Source: a virus. Taken from it: 64,000 bases of DNA. The position numbers were made by a program, and so were the translations under genes. The stretch lies in IMG/VR virus record IMGVR_UViG_3300024983_000146. One strand, 5' to 3'. How positions within the stretch are numbered: position 1 is the stretch's first letter; each line of letters opens with the position of its first letter. Under the pieces are notes generated by a model, which made no database searches, was not told the origin of the DNA, and saw only the letters and a list, made by a program, of their open reading frames with translations. This document shows positions 44,827 to 54,347 of this stretch, in pieces.

Positions 44827-45247
44827 GAGCAAGGCTCAGCCCATTGAGGCGCAGCAGCCCGAACCTGCCAAATCGGCTAAAGAGCGTTTTAAAACCTTCC
44901 AGGACATTTTTGCCGATCCGATATTCGATGTGAAGGTTAAGGAGATCCTCAGGCAAACAATCGAAAGGCGCCAGGCCGCTCTTGCAAGCGCCGCGAAATT
45001 TGTCAAAGAGCCGAAGCTTAAGAGGGGGCCATACGATGCTCTCGAGGAAAAGGGCCTTCTCTCATCAGACGCGCTCTCACTTCTCTATCTGCAGATGCAG
45101 TCCGGCCAGGTGAGCATACCGGCTGTAGTGAGAGAATACGTTAACTCAATAATCATTGATGCATCAAAACAAACAATAAAACATTATGTCGATCAGGAAC
45201 AAAGCGAATGTAAAGGCGGTGAGAAAAGTTCCCAGCCGCAAGCCTAA
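44801..45247 (+). CDS. Hypothetical protein
   Basis: 148-aa coupled ORF. Confidence 0.6.
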   Translation: MKKSTEKSKSKAQPIEAQQPEPAKSAKERFKTFQDIFADPIFDVKVKEILRQTIERRQAALASAAKFVKEPKLKRGPYDALEEKGLLSSDALSLLYLQMQSGQVSIPAVVREYVNSIIIDASKQTIKHYVDQEQSECKGGEKSSQPQA

Positions 45248-45605
45248 AGACGACGGAAAAGCCAGGCTTTTCATTGGGGTGTGTAAGTCTACCCTAAAGG
45301 TTGAGGCAATTAGTGAATACCTTTTTCACCCTTCAAGGAAATGGCGCTTTGACTACGCCATCCCGGAACATAAAATTGCTGTGGAGGTGGAAGGCGCCAC
45401 CTTCAAAAAAAGTAAGTTCACGGACAAGAAAACCGGTGAGGAAATAACCGTCATGGGCGGAAGGCACAACATCGGAGAGGGCTACCTGAACGACATGGAA
45501 AAGTACAACGAGGCAGCAATTTTAGGGTGGAGAGTATTTCGAGTTATCCCGAAAGATCTAATTACCACAAAAACAATCAATATGCTTTCTCGGGCAATGG
45601 GATAG
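45186..45605 (+). CDS. Vsr/DUF559-like PD-(D/E)XK endonuclease
   Basis: EYLFHPSRKWRFDYA...IAVEVEG...DMEKYNEA..LGWRV. Confidence 0.85.
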   Translation: MSIRNKANVKAVRKVPSRKPKDDGKARLFIGVCKSTLKVEAISEYLFHPSRKWRFDYAIPEHKIAVEVEGATFKKSKFTDKKTGEEITVMGGRHNIGEGYLNDMEKYNEAAILGWRVFRVIPKDLITTKTINMLSRAMG

Positions 45606-45607
45606 GG

Positions 45608-45664
45608 TGTGAATAACTTTTATTAAAAGTGATTATAATGTAATCGTTAATAAATTTATATTTG
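45608..45664 (+). promoter_or_regulatory. Late promoter 1 (packaging operon)
   Basis: TGTGAATAA at 45608, TGATTATAATGTAATC at 45630, -7 TATATTTG at 45657. Confidence 0.65.
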
Positions 45665-45678
45665 TGAAAAGCAACATC

Positions 45679-46287
45679 ATGGGAGCGAATGAAGTGATAA
45701 ACCTAAGCGGAATAATGCTTAACGAAAGCAATCCGAGAACGATTTCCGAGGTTAAACTCGACAATCTGGTTGACTCAATTCTCACTTTTCCACAGATGCT
45801 AAGACTAAGGCCCGTTATCGTAGGCGACTCTTCAGAGATCCTGGGGGGGAACATGAGATACCGGGCTTTACTTATTGTATCGGGAATGACTTCTCAGGCA
45901 ATAAGGCAGAAGCTTGGTGAGCTGGTGGAAGATGAGGGAAAGAAAAAGGCTCTCGGGGAGTATTGGGCGAAGTGGCTCAAGAAGCCGGTGGTAGAAATAC
46001 TGCGGGCCGAAAATCTAACCGAAGAGCAAAAGCAAGAATTCATTATAAAGGATAACCTCGCCTATGGCGAATGGGATAAGGAGCAGCTGGCCAGCTGGGA
46101 TAAGGCTCAATTGGAAGATTGGGGGTTGAATTTATCGTGGGCCGAGGAAAGTAGCGGCGATAGCGGAGGCGGAGAGGGAGCGCAAGTGATATCGACGAAG
46201 CTAACCGTAGAGTGCGAGAATGTGGAGAAGCTGGCCAGTTTATTTGAAGAACTCCAGAAAAGAGGCTTCAAGTGCGAACTTTCTTAA
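45679..46287 (+). CDS. ParB/Srx-like N-terminal domain protein
   Basis: NESNPRTI...RPVIV...ILGGNMRYRAL...FIIKDN. Confidence 0.85.
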   Translation: MGANEVINLSGIMLNESNPRTISEVKLDNLVDSILTFPQMLRLRPVIVGDSSEILGGNMRYRALLIVSGMTSQAIRQKLGELVEDEGKKKALGEYWAKWLKKPVVEILRAENLTEEQKQEFIIKDNLAYGEWDKEQLASWDKAQLEDWGLNLSWAEESSGDSGGGEGAQVISTKLTVECENVEKLASLFEELQKRGFKCELS

Positions 46288-46300
46288 CAGGTAAAAAGAT

Positions 46301-46441
46301 ATGTGGGACAGAGGGTATGCAGAGGAGCCAGTGATAGACAAAAAGCTGAAGGACCAGCTTAAAAAGCACAAGGAGTCTTGTGCCAGAGGTCGGAGAAAAA
46401 GAAAAAAAGGGAGGAAGAGTCATGAAAGGAATCGCAATTGA
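46301..46441 (+). CDS. Small basic ORF (not in track)
   Basis: 46 aa MWDRGYAEEPVIDKKLKDQLKKHKESCARGRRKRKKGRKSHERNRN fills the gap. Confidence 0.35.
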   Translation: MWDRGYAEEPVIDKKLKDQLKKHKESCARGRRKRKKGRKSHERNRN

Positions 46442-46589
46442 AATAGGCCTGTGCTCTCCGGACGAATTCCTTATAGGGGTTTCAAGAGACAACGGCATAG
46501 ACGAAGACCGCAGAGAGTTCAGCGAGCTTTCAATCGGCCTTCTCTTTTTTAAAGTGTCAATTCTGAAGTTTAAGGGCATAAGAGCATAA
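46422..46589 (+). CDS. Small hypothetical protein
   Basis: ORF before the small terminase. Confidence 0.45.
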   Translation: MKGIAIEIGLCSPDEFLIGVSRDNGIDEDRREFSELSIGLLFFKVSILKFKGIRA

Positions 46590-46596
46590 ATACAGC

Positions 46597-47130
46597 ATGA
46601 AATACAGCAAAAAGATAGTTAAAAAGATTACCGACCTAATAAGGGCGGACTCATTTACTATTGCCGAGATTTGTGCAAAGGTCAAAATATCAGAGCGTTG
46701 CTTCTATGAATGGCAGAAAGAAAATGCAGAATTTGCAGACGCTATAAAAAGCGCTAAAGGTGACTTTGACGAGATGCTTCTTGCAGAGGCAAAAAAATCT
46801 CTTGTTAAAAAGGTCAAGGGATACGATGTTGAAGAGGTGAAGACGCTTTATGTTGATAGCGGTAAGTTGGGCGCTGCAGGTACCTCGGTACCCAAGATCA
46901 AGGAGCAGACAAAAACCACGAAGCATATACAGCCGGATACGGCCTCAATCATTTTTGTATTAACTAATAAGGACCCGGAAGAGTGGAAAAATCGAATAAA
47001 TAGCGAGCTCACCGGTAAGGGGGGCAAGGACCTTATCCCGCAGCAGGTTGATATATCCACTCTCAGCGAAGAGGAGAGGAAAGTATTACTTAAGGTGGGG
47101 GAGAACGCGCTGAATGCCCAAGATAATTGA
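46597..47130 (+). CDS. terS: Terminase small subunit
   Basis: HTH N-terminus (IAEICAKVKISERCFYEW), PDTASIIFVLTNKDPEEWK; precedes terL. Confidence 0.8.
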   Translation: MKYSKKIVKKITDLIRADSFTIAEICAKVKISERCFYEWQKENAEFADAIKSAKGDFDEMLLAEAKKSLVKKVKGYDVEEVKTLYVDSGKLGAAGTSVPKIKEQTKTTKHIQPDTASIIFVLTNKDPEEWKNRINSELTGKGGKDLIPQQVDISTLSEEERKVLLKVGENALNAQDN

Positions 47131-48583
47131 TTATAACGCTTTAGGCCTAAGGGTTGTGGCTGACGAATGCCGTCAGTCATTTTTCTATTTTGTGAAGACC
47201 TTCTGGGATGTTATAATACCTGAAGAGCCCGTTTTTAACTGGCACATTGTGACCTTATGCGAGGAACTTCAGACGCTATCTGTTTATGTAGTTAAGCGTC
47301 AGAAAAAGCCATACGACTTGCTTATAAATATTCCTCCGGGAACAACAAAGACCACCATTGTCACCATAATGTTCCCGGCGTGGCTCTGGACTCAAGATCC
47401 AACAATTCGGATCATCACAAACTCCTACTCAAGCGACTTATCAATAGAGCACTCCACAAAGTCGAGGGATATCCTCACGTCGGAGAAGTTCCAGAAGCTA
47501 TTCCCGGAGGTACAACTCAGAAGGGATAAGTCAGGTAAGGAAAGTTACGAAAACACTGCAACCGGGGCGAGGTACACCACATCAACCGGAGGAGCGATTA
47601 CGGGAAAGCACGGTCACATAATCATCAATGACGACCCCATGAACCCGAAGCAGGCGGCGTCTGAGCCGATGAGGAAGCAGGCAAATGAGCATACGAAAAC
47701 CTTATCCAGCCGTAAAGTAAATAAGGCAAACGCGCCAATGGTTACGATCATGCAGCGACTTCACGATGATGATACTACAGGCTACCTACTGAAAAAGAAG
47801 CGTGATAAGATCCGGCACATCTGTTTGCCGGCTGAAGTTTCGGACTCTGTTCGGCCAGCGGCTTTGGCCGAAAAGTACATTAACGGCTATTTAGATCCTG
47901 TCAGGCTGGGGCGTGAGGTGCTTGATGAGGCGAAGGTGGACCTTGGCAGCAGGCAGTATTCCGGACAGTATGAGCAGAGGCCCGTAACAGAGGGAGGTAA
48001 TATTGTCCGCGCAGATTGGTTCAGAACGATATCCCTGTCAAGCTTCAATACTATGAGGGGCAAAACGCCTGCTCACTTCTTCATTGATACCGCCTATGAC
48101 GAGAAGAAAAAAAAGTCGGACAACGACCCTTCAGGCATTATTGGCACGTGCAAGATTGGCAATAACCTATACATTTTCGCGGCCCAAAAGGTTTACAAGA
48201 CCTTCCCACAGCTGATAAGATTTCTCCCGGACTTTGTACTGGCTAATAACTATACAGACGAGTCAACCATTCGCATTGAGCCGAAGGCAAACGGAACGAG
48301 CGTGGTACAGCAGCTGGAAGAGAGTACCTCGCTTAATGTAGTTAAAACACCATCACCAACGGACAGCAAGGAGACAAGACTCAACGCAAATTCTCCAAAG
48401 GTAGAGTGCGGGAGAGTTTACCTGGTGGAGGGAAGCTGGAACGAGGAGTTCCTGACGGAAGTTTGCGGCTTTCCCACCCAGACACATGACGAATATGTCG
48501 ACCTGCTTTGCTACGCCATCGATTATCACCTGAAGGACGAGCCACAGTTCCAGGACGAAGAACTTGAAAATATTTTATACTAA
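47114..48583 (+). CDS. terL: Terminase large subunit (prophage 2)
   Basis: INIPPGTTKT, IINDDP, IMQRLH, FIDTAY, HDEYVD. Confidence 0.92.
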   Translation: MPKIIDYNALGLRVVADECRQSFFYFVKTFWDVIIPEEPVFNWHIVTLCEELQTLSVYVVKRQKKPYDLLINIPPGTTKTTIVTIMFPAWLWTQDPTIRIITNSYSSDLSIEHSTKSRDILTSEKFQKLFPEVQLRRDKSGKESYENTATGARYTTSTGGAITGKHGHIIINDDPMNPKQAASEPMRKQANEHTKTLSSRKVNKANAPMVTIMQRLHDDDTTGYLLKKKRDKIRHICLPAEVSDSVRPAALAEKYINGYLDPVRLGREVLDEAKVDLGSRQYSGQYEQRPVTEGGNIVRADWFRTISLSSFNTMRGKTPAHFFIDTAYDEKKKKSDNDPSGIIGTCKIGNNLYIFAAQKVYKTFPQLIRFLPDFVLANNYTDESTIRIEPKANGTSVVQQLEESTSLNVVKTPSPTDSKETRLNANSPKVECGRVYLVEGSWNEEFLTEVCGFPTQTHDEYVDLLCYAIDYHLKDEPQFQDEELENILY

Positions 48584-48595
48584 AAATTTACTGTT

Positions 48596-49984
48596 ATGAA
48601 TGTAGACGAATTGATTTTGGATAGTAACACCCCGGCTTCGGAGAAGGTGAAGAAGCTTAAGGTAAAAGCGTATGCGGTTCCGGAGTGGGCTAAGCTCGAG
48701 AAGGAGTACGACCCAAACAAGCACCCAATAATGAGTACGGCGCTGTACCCAGATAAGACGCGTAAAGACGGATCGTTAGAGAAGGTAACTCGAATAAAGC
48801 TTGGCCTACAAAAGCTGGCAACAAAGCGAATGGCAGAAATGATATTCGGGATACCTGTAAAAAGGGTTTATGGCGCTAAATCGGAGGATGAGAAAAAGGT
48901 TGCAGCAATTATTGAAAAAATACTTGCAAAAAACAGAATTGACTCGGTTAACCTTAAAAGAGCCAAAAAGCTTTACTCCTCTTGCGAAATATTGACAATT
49001 TGGTATGCTAAGGAGGAGAAAAATTCATCTTATGGCGAAGAAACAAATTTTAAGCTGAGGTGCAAAACGTACTCTCCGAAAGACAAAGATAGCATTTATG
49101 TATCTGTTGACGAGTTCGAAGATGTCGTGGCGCTTTCGGTTGGGTATACTAGGGTGGAAGAAGAGAAAAATGTTGAGTATCTGGATACATATACCGCGCA
49201 ATACCACACAAGATATCGGAATGACGGTACCGAGTGGGCTGAGGACATTGCCCCAGAGAAAATTATTATCGGAAAAATCCCGGGCATCTATACCTACCGG
49301 GAGGAGCCGATATGGGAAGACACATCAGATAATACTTACGAAATTGAGTGGTCACTTTCAAGAGCTGGTAACTATCTCCGTAAAAACCAAAAACCAATAT
49401 TCGGTATTTTCTCTGATAAGAAAATATCTGTTGGAGACGAAAAGACAGGTGACAACGAGGGAAGATCCGTACTAAGGTTTGGTAAAGACGATAAAGCCGA
49501 ATATATAGGATGGGAGCAGGCTACCGATTCCCTGAAATATTTTAATGATACCCTTTACCGACAGTTTTTCACTCAGATTCAACTTCCGGATCTATCTTTT
49601 GATAATATGAAAGCCACTCCAATGTCAGGCGAAGCGCGCATACAAATGTTCATCGATGCGCACCTAAAGGTTGAAGATGAAAAGGGCGACATCATTGAGT
49701 TTTTGGACCGAGAGATTAACGTTGTAAAGGCGTTTATGGTGGTAATGTATCCTAACTATAAAGAAGCGATAGAATCGCTCAGCGTTGAGCATATTATTAC
49801 TCCTTACGCCATTGCAAACGGGAAGGAAAAGGTTGAGGAGCTATCTACCGGTGCTGGAGGAAAAGCGATTGTAAGCAGGAGGACAGCCGTTCAAAATCTT
49901 GGACTCGCCGCAGACGTTGAGGAGGAGCTGAAGCAGCTGGAGAGTGACGACGCTATACAAATAGGCGGAGCCTATAACGTTTAA
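48596..49984 (+). CDS. SPP1 gp6-like portal
   Basis: 462 aa after terL; PDLSFDNMK...SGEA motif. Confidence 0.85.
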   Translation: MNVDELILDSNTPASEKVKKLKVKAYAVPEWAKLEKEYDPNKHPIMSTALYPDKTRKDGSLEKVTRIKLGLQKLATKRMAEMIFGIPVKRVYGAKSEDEKKVAAIIEKILAKNRIDSVNLKRAKKLYSSCEILTIWYAKEEKNSSYGEETNFKLRCKTYSPKDKDSIYVSVDEFEDVVALSVGYTRVEEEKNVEYLDTYTAQYHTRYRNDGTEWAEDIAPEKIIIGKIPGIYTYREEPIWEDTSDNTYEIEWSLSRAGNYLRKNQKPIFGIFSDKKISVGDEKTGDNEGRSVLRFGKDDKAEYIGWEQATDSLKYFNDTLYRQFFTQIQLPDLSFDNMKATPMSGEARIQMFIDAHLKVEDEKGDIIEFLDREINVVKAFMVVMYPNYKEAIESLSVEHIITPYAIANGKEKVEELSTGAGGKAIVSRRTAVQNLGLAADVEEELKQLESDDAIQIGGAYNV

Positions 49985-49992
49985 TTATCGCC

Positions 49993-51027
49993 ATGGCAAA
50001 AAGAATTAAACTTAGCGTTGATTGGGATAGCCTCCACCGGCAGAACATTGATAGGTATTCGTCACTAATAGACAATATTTACAACGATCTGGCCCGGGAG
50101 GCCGCCCTAATTGGCTCAATGGCCAGAAACAAGTCTCGCCCCTTCAAGTTCTCGGCATATCCTGAGCTCCGCCGGAGAGCGGACGCAATGATTACCGAAG
50201 TGTTCAGAAATATTGAAGTAATTGTATCAGACGCCTCAAGGAAGGAGTGGCTGCTTGCGGCCAGCAAGAATGATGAGATTGTGAGGCAGATATTTGCAAA
50301 CGAAAGCCTTTCAAGCATACGGATGGGGCATTACTACGACCGCAACCTAGACGCCTTTAATTCGTTTCAAAAGCGCAAAATTGGCGGCATTGGAATTTCT
50401 GACCGGATATGGAGCCTCAAGGGCCAGGCGATACAAGAGATAGAGATGGGAATTGATATCGGCCTGACTGAGGGTCGGTCTGCAGAGCAAATGGGTAGAG
50501 ACCTGAGAAAGTATCTTAAAGATCCGGAGCAGCTATTCAGGCGGGTTAAGGACGAGAGGGGAGCCCTGCAGCTATCAAAGAACGCCAAGGCCTACCACCC
50601 GGGGCAGGGGGTATATCGCTCCAGCAGAATGAATGCCTTAAGGCTTACCAGGACAGAAACGAATATGGCCTACAGAGAGTCAGATCACGAGAGGTGGCAG
50701 CAGCTTGATTTTATCCTGGGCTACGAGGTGAAGCGCTCAAATAATCCGTATCCTTGCCCCATTTGCGATGCGCTAAAGGGCAAATATCCTAAGACCTTTA
50801 AGTTCCTGGGCTGGCATCCTAACTGCAGATGCTTTGCGGTTCCCATACTTGCCAAGCCCGAGGAGTTTCTTGAGCAAATGCTTCTTGACGAAACCACTGG
50901 CCACAAGTTTGCCGGGGAAGTATCTGAACTTCCAAAGAATTTTACAAAATGGCTAAAGGAAAACGACAGGGGCATGGTTCCCCACTTCCTAAAGATTAAT
51001 GCGGGCGCTATTAAAAACCTTGGCTAA
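49993..51027 (+). CDS. Minor capsid/head morphogenesis protein (Mu gpF-like)
   Basis: RLTRTETNMAY...CPICD..GKYPK..WHPNCRC. Confidence 0.88.
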   Translation: MAKRIKLSVDWDSLHRQNIDRYSSLIDNIYNDLAREAALIGSMARNKSRPFKFSAYPELRRRADAMITEVFRNIEVIVSDASRKEWLLAASKNDEIVRQIFANESLSSIRMGHYYDRNLDAFNSFQKRKIGGIGISDRIWSLKGQAIQEIEMGIDIGLTEGRSAEQMGRDLRKYLKDPEQLFRRVKDERGALQLSKNAKAYHPGQGVYRSSRMNALRLTRTETNMAYRESDHERWQQLDFILGYEVKRSNNPYPCPICDALKGKYPKTFKFLGWHPNCRCFAVPILAKPEEFLEQMLLDETTGHKFAGEVSELPKNFTKWLKENDRGMVPHFLKINAGAIKNLG

Positions 51028-51034
51028 CTGTTTA
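51022..51034 (+). repeat. 13-bp inverted repeat, left (GGCTAACTGTTTA)
   Basis: Exact reverse complement of 51630-51642. Confidence 0.92.
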
Positions 51035-51592
51035 GCACCACTTCGTGATAACGAAAATGGCTATTTGAACGACTACAGTTGCGATAAGTGTCCACCTTGC
51101 CCAAATTAGCTGCCTCTTTGAACTTTTGGCCTGTTCGTACAGGTAGACATCCTCCTCTGTTTTATAGCCCAAATTTTTCATAACCGCAAGAGTTTGGCTA
51201 GTGTATATTTGCTGGTGCCAATACCTACAAATTAGCTCTGAAGTGGCCGCGCTCGGGAGGCGAACTGTTAACCTATCTGGCTCTCTTTCGCCACTGAATG
51301 TCACGCTATTTGCCACCATATCGTAAAGCCGTATTAAATGCAGGCTCTCAAGGTATTCTACAAGTGTTATTACCTCAATAATATTATTTACGGCCGGAAG
51401 AAGGTCCTGCATTCCAGCGTCGTTTGCTGTAAGACCGACCTCGTTTCTATCGGGATTTGCTATTATTCCCAAATCGCTCGTGTTAACTAAGTTGCTTATA
51501 AGTGTCCCGAAACTTTGTATATGCATCAACTCGGGATTTGAGCTAGCTAATATATCAATTGCTCGCTTTTCTAAATTACTGAAAGATCTCAT
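51032..51592 (-). CDS. Accessory protein with C-terminal TM anchor (moron)
   Basis: 186 aa, opposite strand within the head operon; WTLIATVVVQIAIFVITKW tail. Confidence 0.75.
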   Translation of the reverse strand: MRSFSNLEKRAIDILASSNPELMHIQSFGTLISNLVNTSDLGIIANPDRNEVGLTANDAGMQDLLPAVNNIIEVITLVEYLESLHLIRLYDMVANSVTFSGEREPDRLTVRLPSAATSELICRYWHQQIYTSQTLAVMKNLGYKTEEDVYLYEQAKSSKRQLIWARWTLIATVVVQIAIFVITKWC

Positions 51593-51629
51593 TTTTTTAT
51601 TTCAATTATACGCCTTTAATCGGAGGAAG

Positions 51630-51642
51630 TAAACAGTTAGCC
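51630..51642 (+). repeat. 13-bp inverted repeat, right (TAAACAGTTAGCC)
   Basis: Exact reverse complement of 51022-51034; followed by ccA and T9. Confidence 0.92.
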
Positions 51643-51668
51643 CCATTTTTTTTTCAACAATTTTCAAA

Positions 51669-51734
51669 AGTGAATAACTGTGAATAAATAATGATTACAA
51701 TGTAATCAGTTAAGGGCGCAGAAAGGTATATTTG
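51669..51734 (+). promoter_or_regulatory. Late promoter 2 (head operon)
   Basis: AGTGAATAAC at 51669, TGTGAATAA at 51679, perfect palindrome TGATTACA-A-TGTAATCA at 51692, -7 TATATTTG at 51727. Confidence 0.7.
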
Positions 51735-51768
51735 TTTCGTTAAAAATCTGACAATTAATATTCAGAAC

Positions 51769-52470
51769 ATGAAAAAAGAAATTTTTGAAGCCTTGAAAAC
51801 CAAGTTTCCTGGGGTTCAAGACGCAATTCTTGACAGGATAGCTACAAAAATGGCGAAGACTGTAACAAAGGAGGAGGACGTTACAACCTCGGTTGAGGGG
51901 GTGACTTTCCAAAATGTTCTCGAGTCGTACGGCGACCACCGGGCTACAGAGTCACAGGTGTCAGCCGTAACAAACTATGAGAAAAAGCACGGTCTTAAAG
52001 ATGGTGCAAAAGTGCAGAAGGAGCCTGGGGCCGGAGGAGATTCGGAACCGGGTGAAAGTGGCGGACAGCCTAAAGACCAAGATTCGGAGCTTGCGAAGAC
52101 CGTAAAAGGGCTTCAGGAGAAGATTGAAAAGCTGGAGGGCGAGAAGGCCACAGAGGGGAGGTTACAGAAGTTCACCAAGTCAATGGAAAAGGCCCCGGAG
52201 AAAATCCGTGACCGTTACCGCAAGGACTTCAACAGACTCAATTTTAAGGACGATGCGGAATTCGACGAGTGGCTCAAGGATGTAGACACTGACGTCGATG
52301 CTATCGCCGCTGAATATTCTTCAAAAGGTGTCGCCTTTCAACCTCCTAAGGGCACAAATAAGCCCGTTACCCAGGAGCAAGCGTCTCCAGAGGTAAAAGC
52401 AAGGATCGAAAGTAGAAAGGCCGAAACGGGAGCCCCGGCCATCCAAGGGCTTCCAACACAAAAAGTCTAG
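51769..52470 (+). CDS. Capsid scaffolding protein
   Basis: Charged, with Gly/Pro linker and coiled coil; precedes the capsid genes. Confidence 0.7.
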   Translation: MKKEIFEALKTKFPGVQDAILDRIATKMAKTVTKEEDVTTSVEGVTFQNVLESYGDHRATESQVSAVTNYEKKHGLKDGAKVQKEPGAGGDSEPGESGGQPKDQDSELAKTVKGLQEKIEKLEGEKATEGRLQKFTKSMEKAPEKIRDRYRKDFNRLNFKDDAEFDEWLKDVDTDVDAIAAEYSSKGVAFQPPKGTNKPVTQEQASPEVKARIESRKAETGAPAIQGLPTQKV

Positions 52471-52473
52471 TCA

Positions 52474-53220
52474 ATGAATACAAATTTTGAATTCAGTGAG
52501 GCCCCGACTCCTGACGTTATCGTTTTCGAGAAGGTCATCGCGGAGAAGCCGGGCGGAGGTATCGTTGGCAACCCTGCATATGATGTCCGCGAGGGCACCG
52601 CTGTAGGTCTGAACGCCGGGGGCGTTTTAACCTCTATCAAGGCTTACCGCCTTGTTAAGGCCGTTGCCGCAGACGACGAAGCAATAGAAATCGCCAAGGG
52701 AAGTGGCGTAGCTGTTGGTGACAAAGTAGCACACGGAAAGATTGCCGTTGCAGTTACCGCAGTTGATTCTACCAACGCGTTGAAAGACGTCGTTACAGTT
52801 ACTATGGGAGTGGCTATCGCAAACGGAACAGTATTGTTCCAGTCGGCAGTATTAAGTGTTGAGGCGGTTGAAGAAGTGGCCTACGGCTACTACGATGCTG
52901 TTGCCGAAACTCCAGGTGCTGTGAAGGTAGTTGCCGCAGATCCGGGCGCTGGCGAGATAGCTCTTGCCGGAGTTGCACCGTACAAGGGAATAAAAGACCT
53001 TGCCGCCGACGATTACGTCGTACTGAAGGAAGCTGTCGCCGGTGTGGCCGGAGTTGACGCTCGTCCTATTTACACTCCACTTTTCCTTAACGGGGCCAAG
53101 GTTCTCGCAGGTAAAGGCGATCAGCGCGTTAAGCTGGTTGTATCGGCAGTGGTACGCAAAGAAACAGTTAACGCTTCTAACGAAGTGCTGGCTCTCATGT
53201 CAACCATTAAAGCTGTTTAA
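52474..53220 (+). CDS. Head decoration-like protein
   Basis: Ala/Val/Gly-rich; between scaffold and major capsid. Confidence 0.6.
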   Translation: MNTNFEFSEAPTPDVIVFEKVIAEKPGGGIVGNPAYDVREGTAVGLNAGGVLTSIKAYRLVKAVAADDEAIEIAKGSGVAVGDKVAHGKIAVAVTAVDSTNALKDVVTVTMGVAIANGTVLFQSAVLSVEAVEEVAYGYYDAVAETPGAVKVVAADPGAGEIALAGVAPYKGIKDLAADDYVVLKEAVAGVAGVDARPIYTPLFLNGAKVLAGKGDQRVKLVVSAVVRKETVNASNEVLALMSTIKAV

Positions 53221-53225
53221 CTATT

Positions 53226-54341
53226 ATGGGACAGATGAATAAACCTCTTTTTGACCTCAACCAGGCAGACCTGCAGCTTGAGATCAACTCATATAAGCCG
53301 GGAAGTGGCCTCGTTTGGCCTACACTTTTCCCGCTGAAATATTCGCCAAAATTCGACCTTAAGGGGCTCGAAGGAAACGAAGGGATTCCGGTATCAGCCG
53401 ACAGGGTAGCATTCAACACCAAGGCCCCGCTGAAAACGCGTAAGACCATTGGATCATGGAGCGGAACACTGGGCAAGTACTCTATCTCGAAAGAGAAGGA
53501 CGAGCTCCAGATCAACGAGTACAGAGACCTTAAGATCATCGCGGCATCAAACCCAACAGATAAGGCTTCGGCTCAATATCTTGTTGACATGGTGTACGAC
53601 GACGTTAAGGCATGTAACGACGGTATCGATTACAAAGTTGAGATTGATGCTTTGCGCATCGGATCGCTCGGTAAGCAAACATTCCCTGCATCCATTGAAG
53701 GTGATATGGCTACCGAGGACGTGATCAACTTTAACGTGCCTGAGGAGAACTTTGTTGGAGCGGCCATATTGTGGTCCAACGCAGCCGAGGCCGACGGTAT
53801 TGCAGATATCGTTAAGCAGCAAAAGGCTGTTAAGTTGAGGGGAAGGAGAAAACCGATGTTTGCGATTATAGAAGATTCAGCTTTCGAGCTTCTTCTTGCG
53901 CAGGCCAAAACGGTTAAGCGTGTTGCCTCTATTCTAGTTAACGCAACAGGAATGACCTCTACAGAGGTTCTTTCGGTGGACAACGTTAACGCATACATGC
54001 GTAAAAAAGGCTATCCTCAGTTCCTCGTTATTGACAGTTACGCAACTATCGAGGGCAAAGATGGAAAACATACAACCATCAAACCTTGGAACGAAAAAGT
54101 GGTTTGCCTTAGCCCGACTCCACAGCTGGGCTGGACATATTACAAACCGGTTCCTATCATTGAGGACACTGCTGCCATGCAGGCACAGGGCTCCTATGCT
54201 AAAACTACTGTATACTCAGAGGTGAATCCAATGGTCGAGACTACAATGGCGGAGGCCTATGTACAACCAGGCCTTATCAACAGGGCTTCTCTGGTATTCA
54301 TGAATATTGCAAACACCGACGGATTTAACGAAGGCGCGTAG
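53226..54341 (+). CDS. Major capsid protein (gpE-like)
   Basis: 371 aa; FPLKY, ADRVAFNTKAPLK, DPMVE-like C-terminal NPMVETTMAEAYVQP. Confidence 0.85.
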   Translation: MGQMNKPLFDLNQADLQLEINSYKPGSGLVWPTLFPLKYSPKFDLKGLEGNEGIPVSADRVAFNTKAPLKTRKTIGSWSGTLGKYSISKEKDELQINEYRDLKIIAASNPTDKASAQYLVDMVYDDVKACNDGIDYKVEIDALRIGSLGKQTFPASIEGDMATEDVINFNVPEENFVGAAILWSNAAEADGIADIVKQQKAVKLRGRRKPMFAIIEDSAFELLLAQAKTVKRVASILVNATGMTSTEVLSVDNVNAYMRKKGYPQFLVIDSYATIEGKDGKHTTIKPWNEKVVCLSPTPQLGWTYYKPVPIIEDTAAMQAQGSYAKTTVYSEVNPMVETTMAEAYVQPGLINRASLVFMNIANTDGFNEGA

Positions 54342-54347
54342 TAAATC

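Noticed and set aside
48106-48116. A8 run in terL as a phase-variable tract
   Set aside because: A short poly-Lys codon run in an essential gene of an A-rich genome, not at a domain boundary
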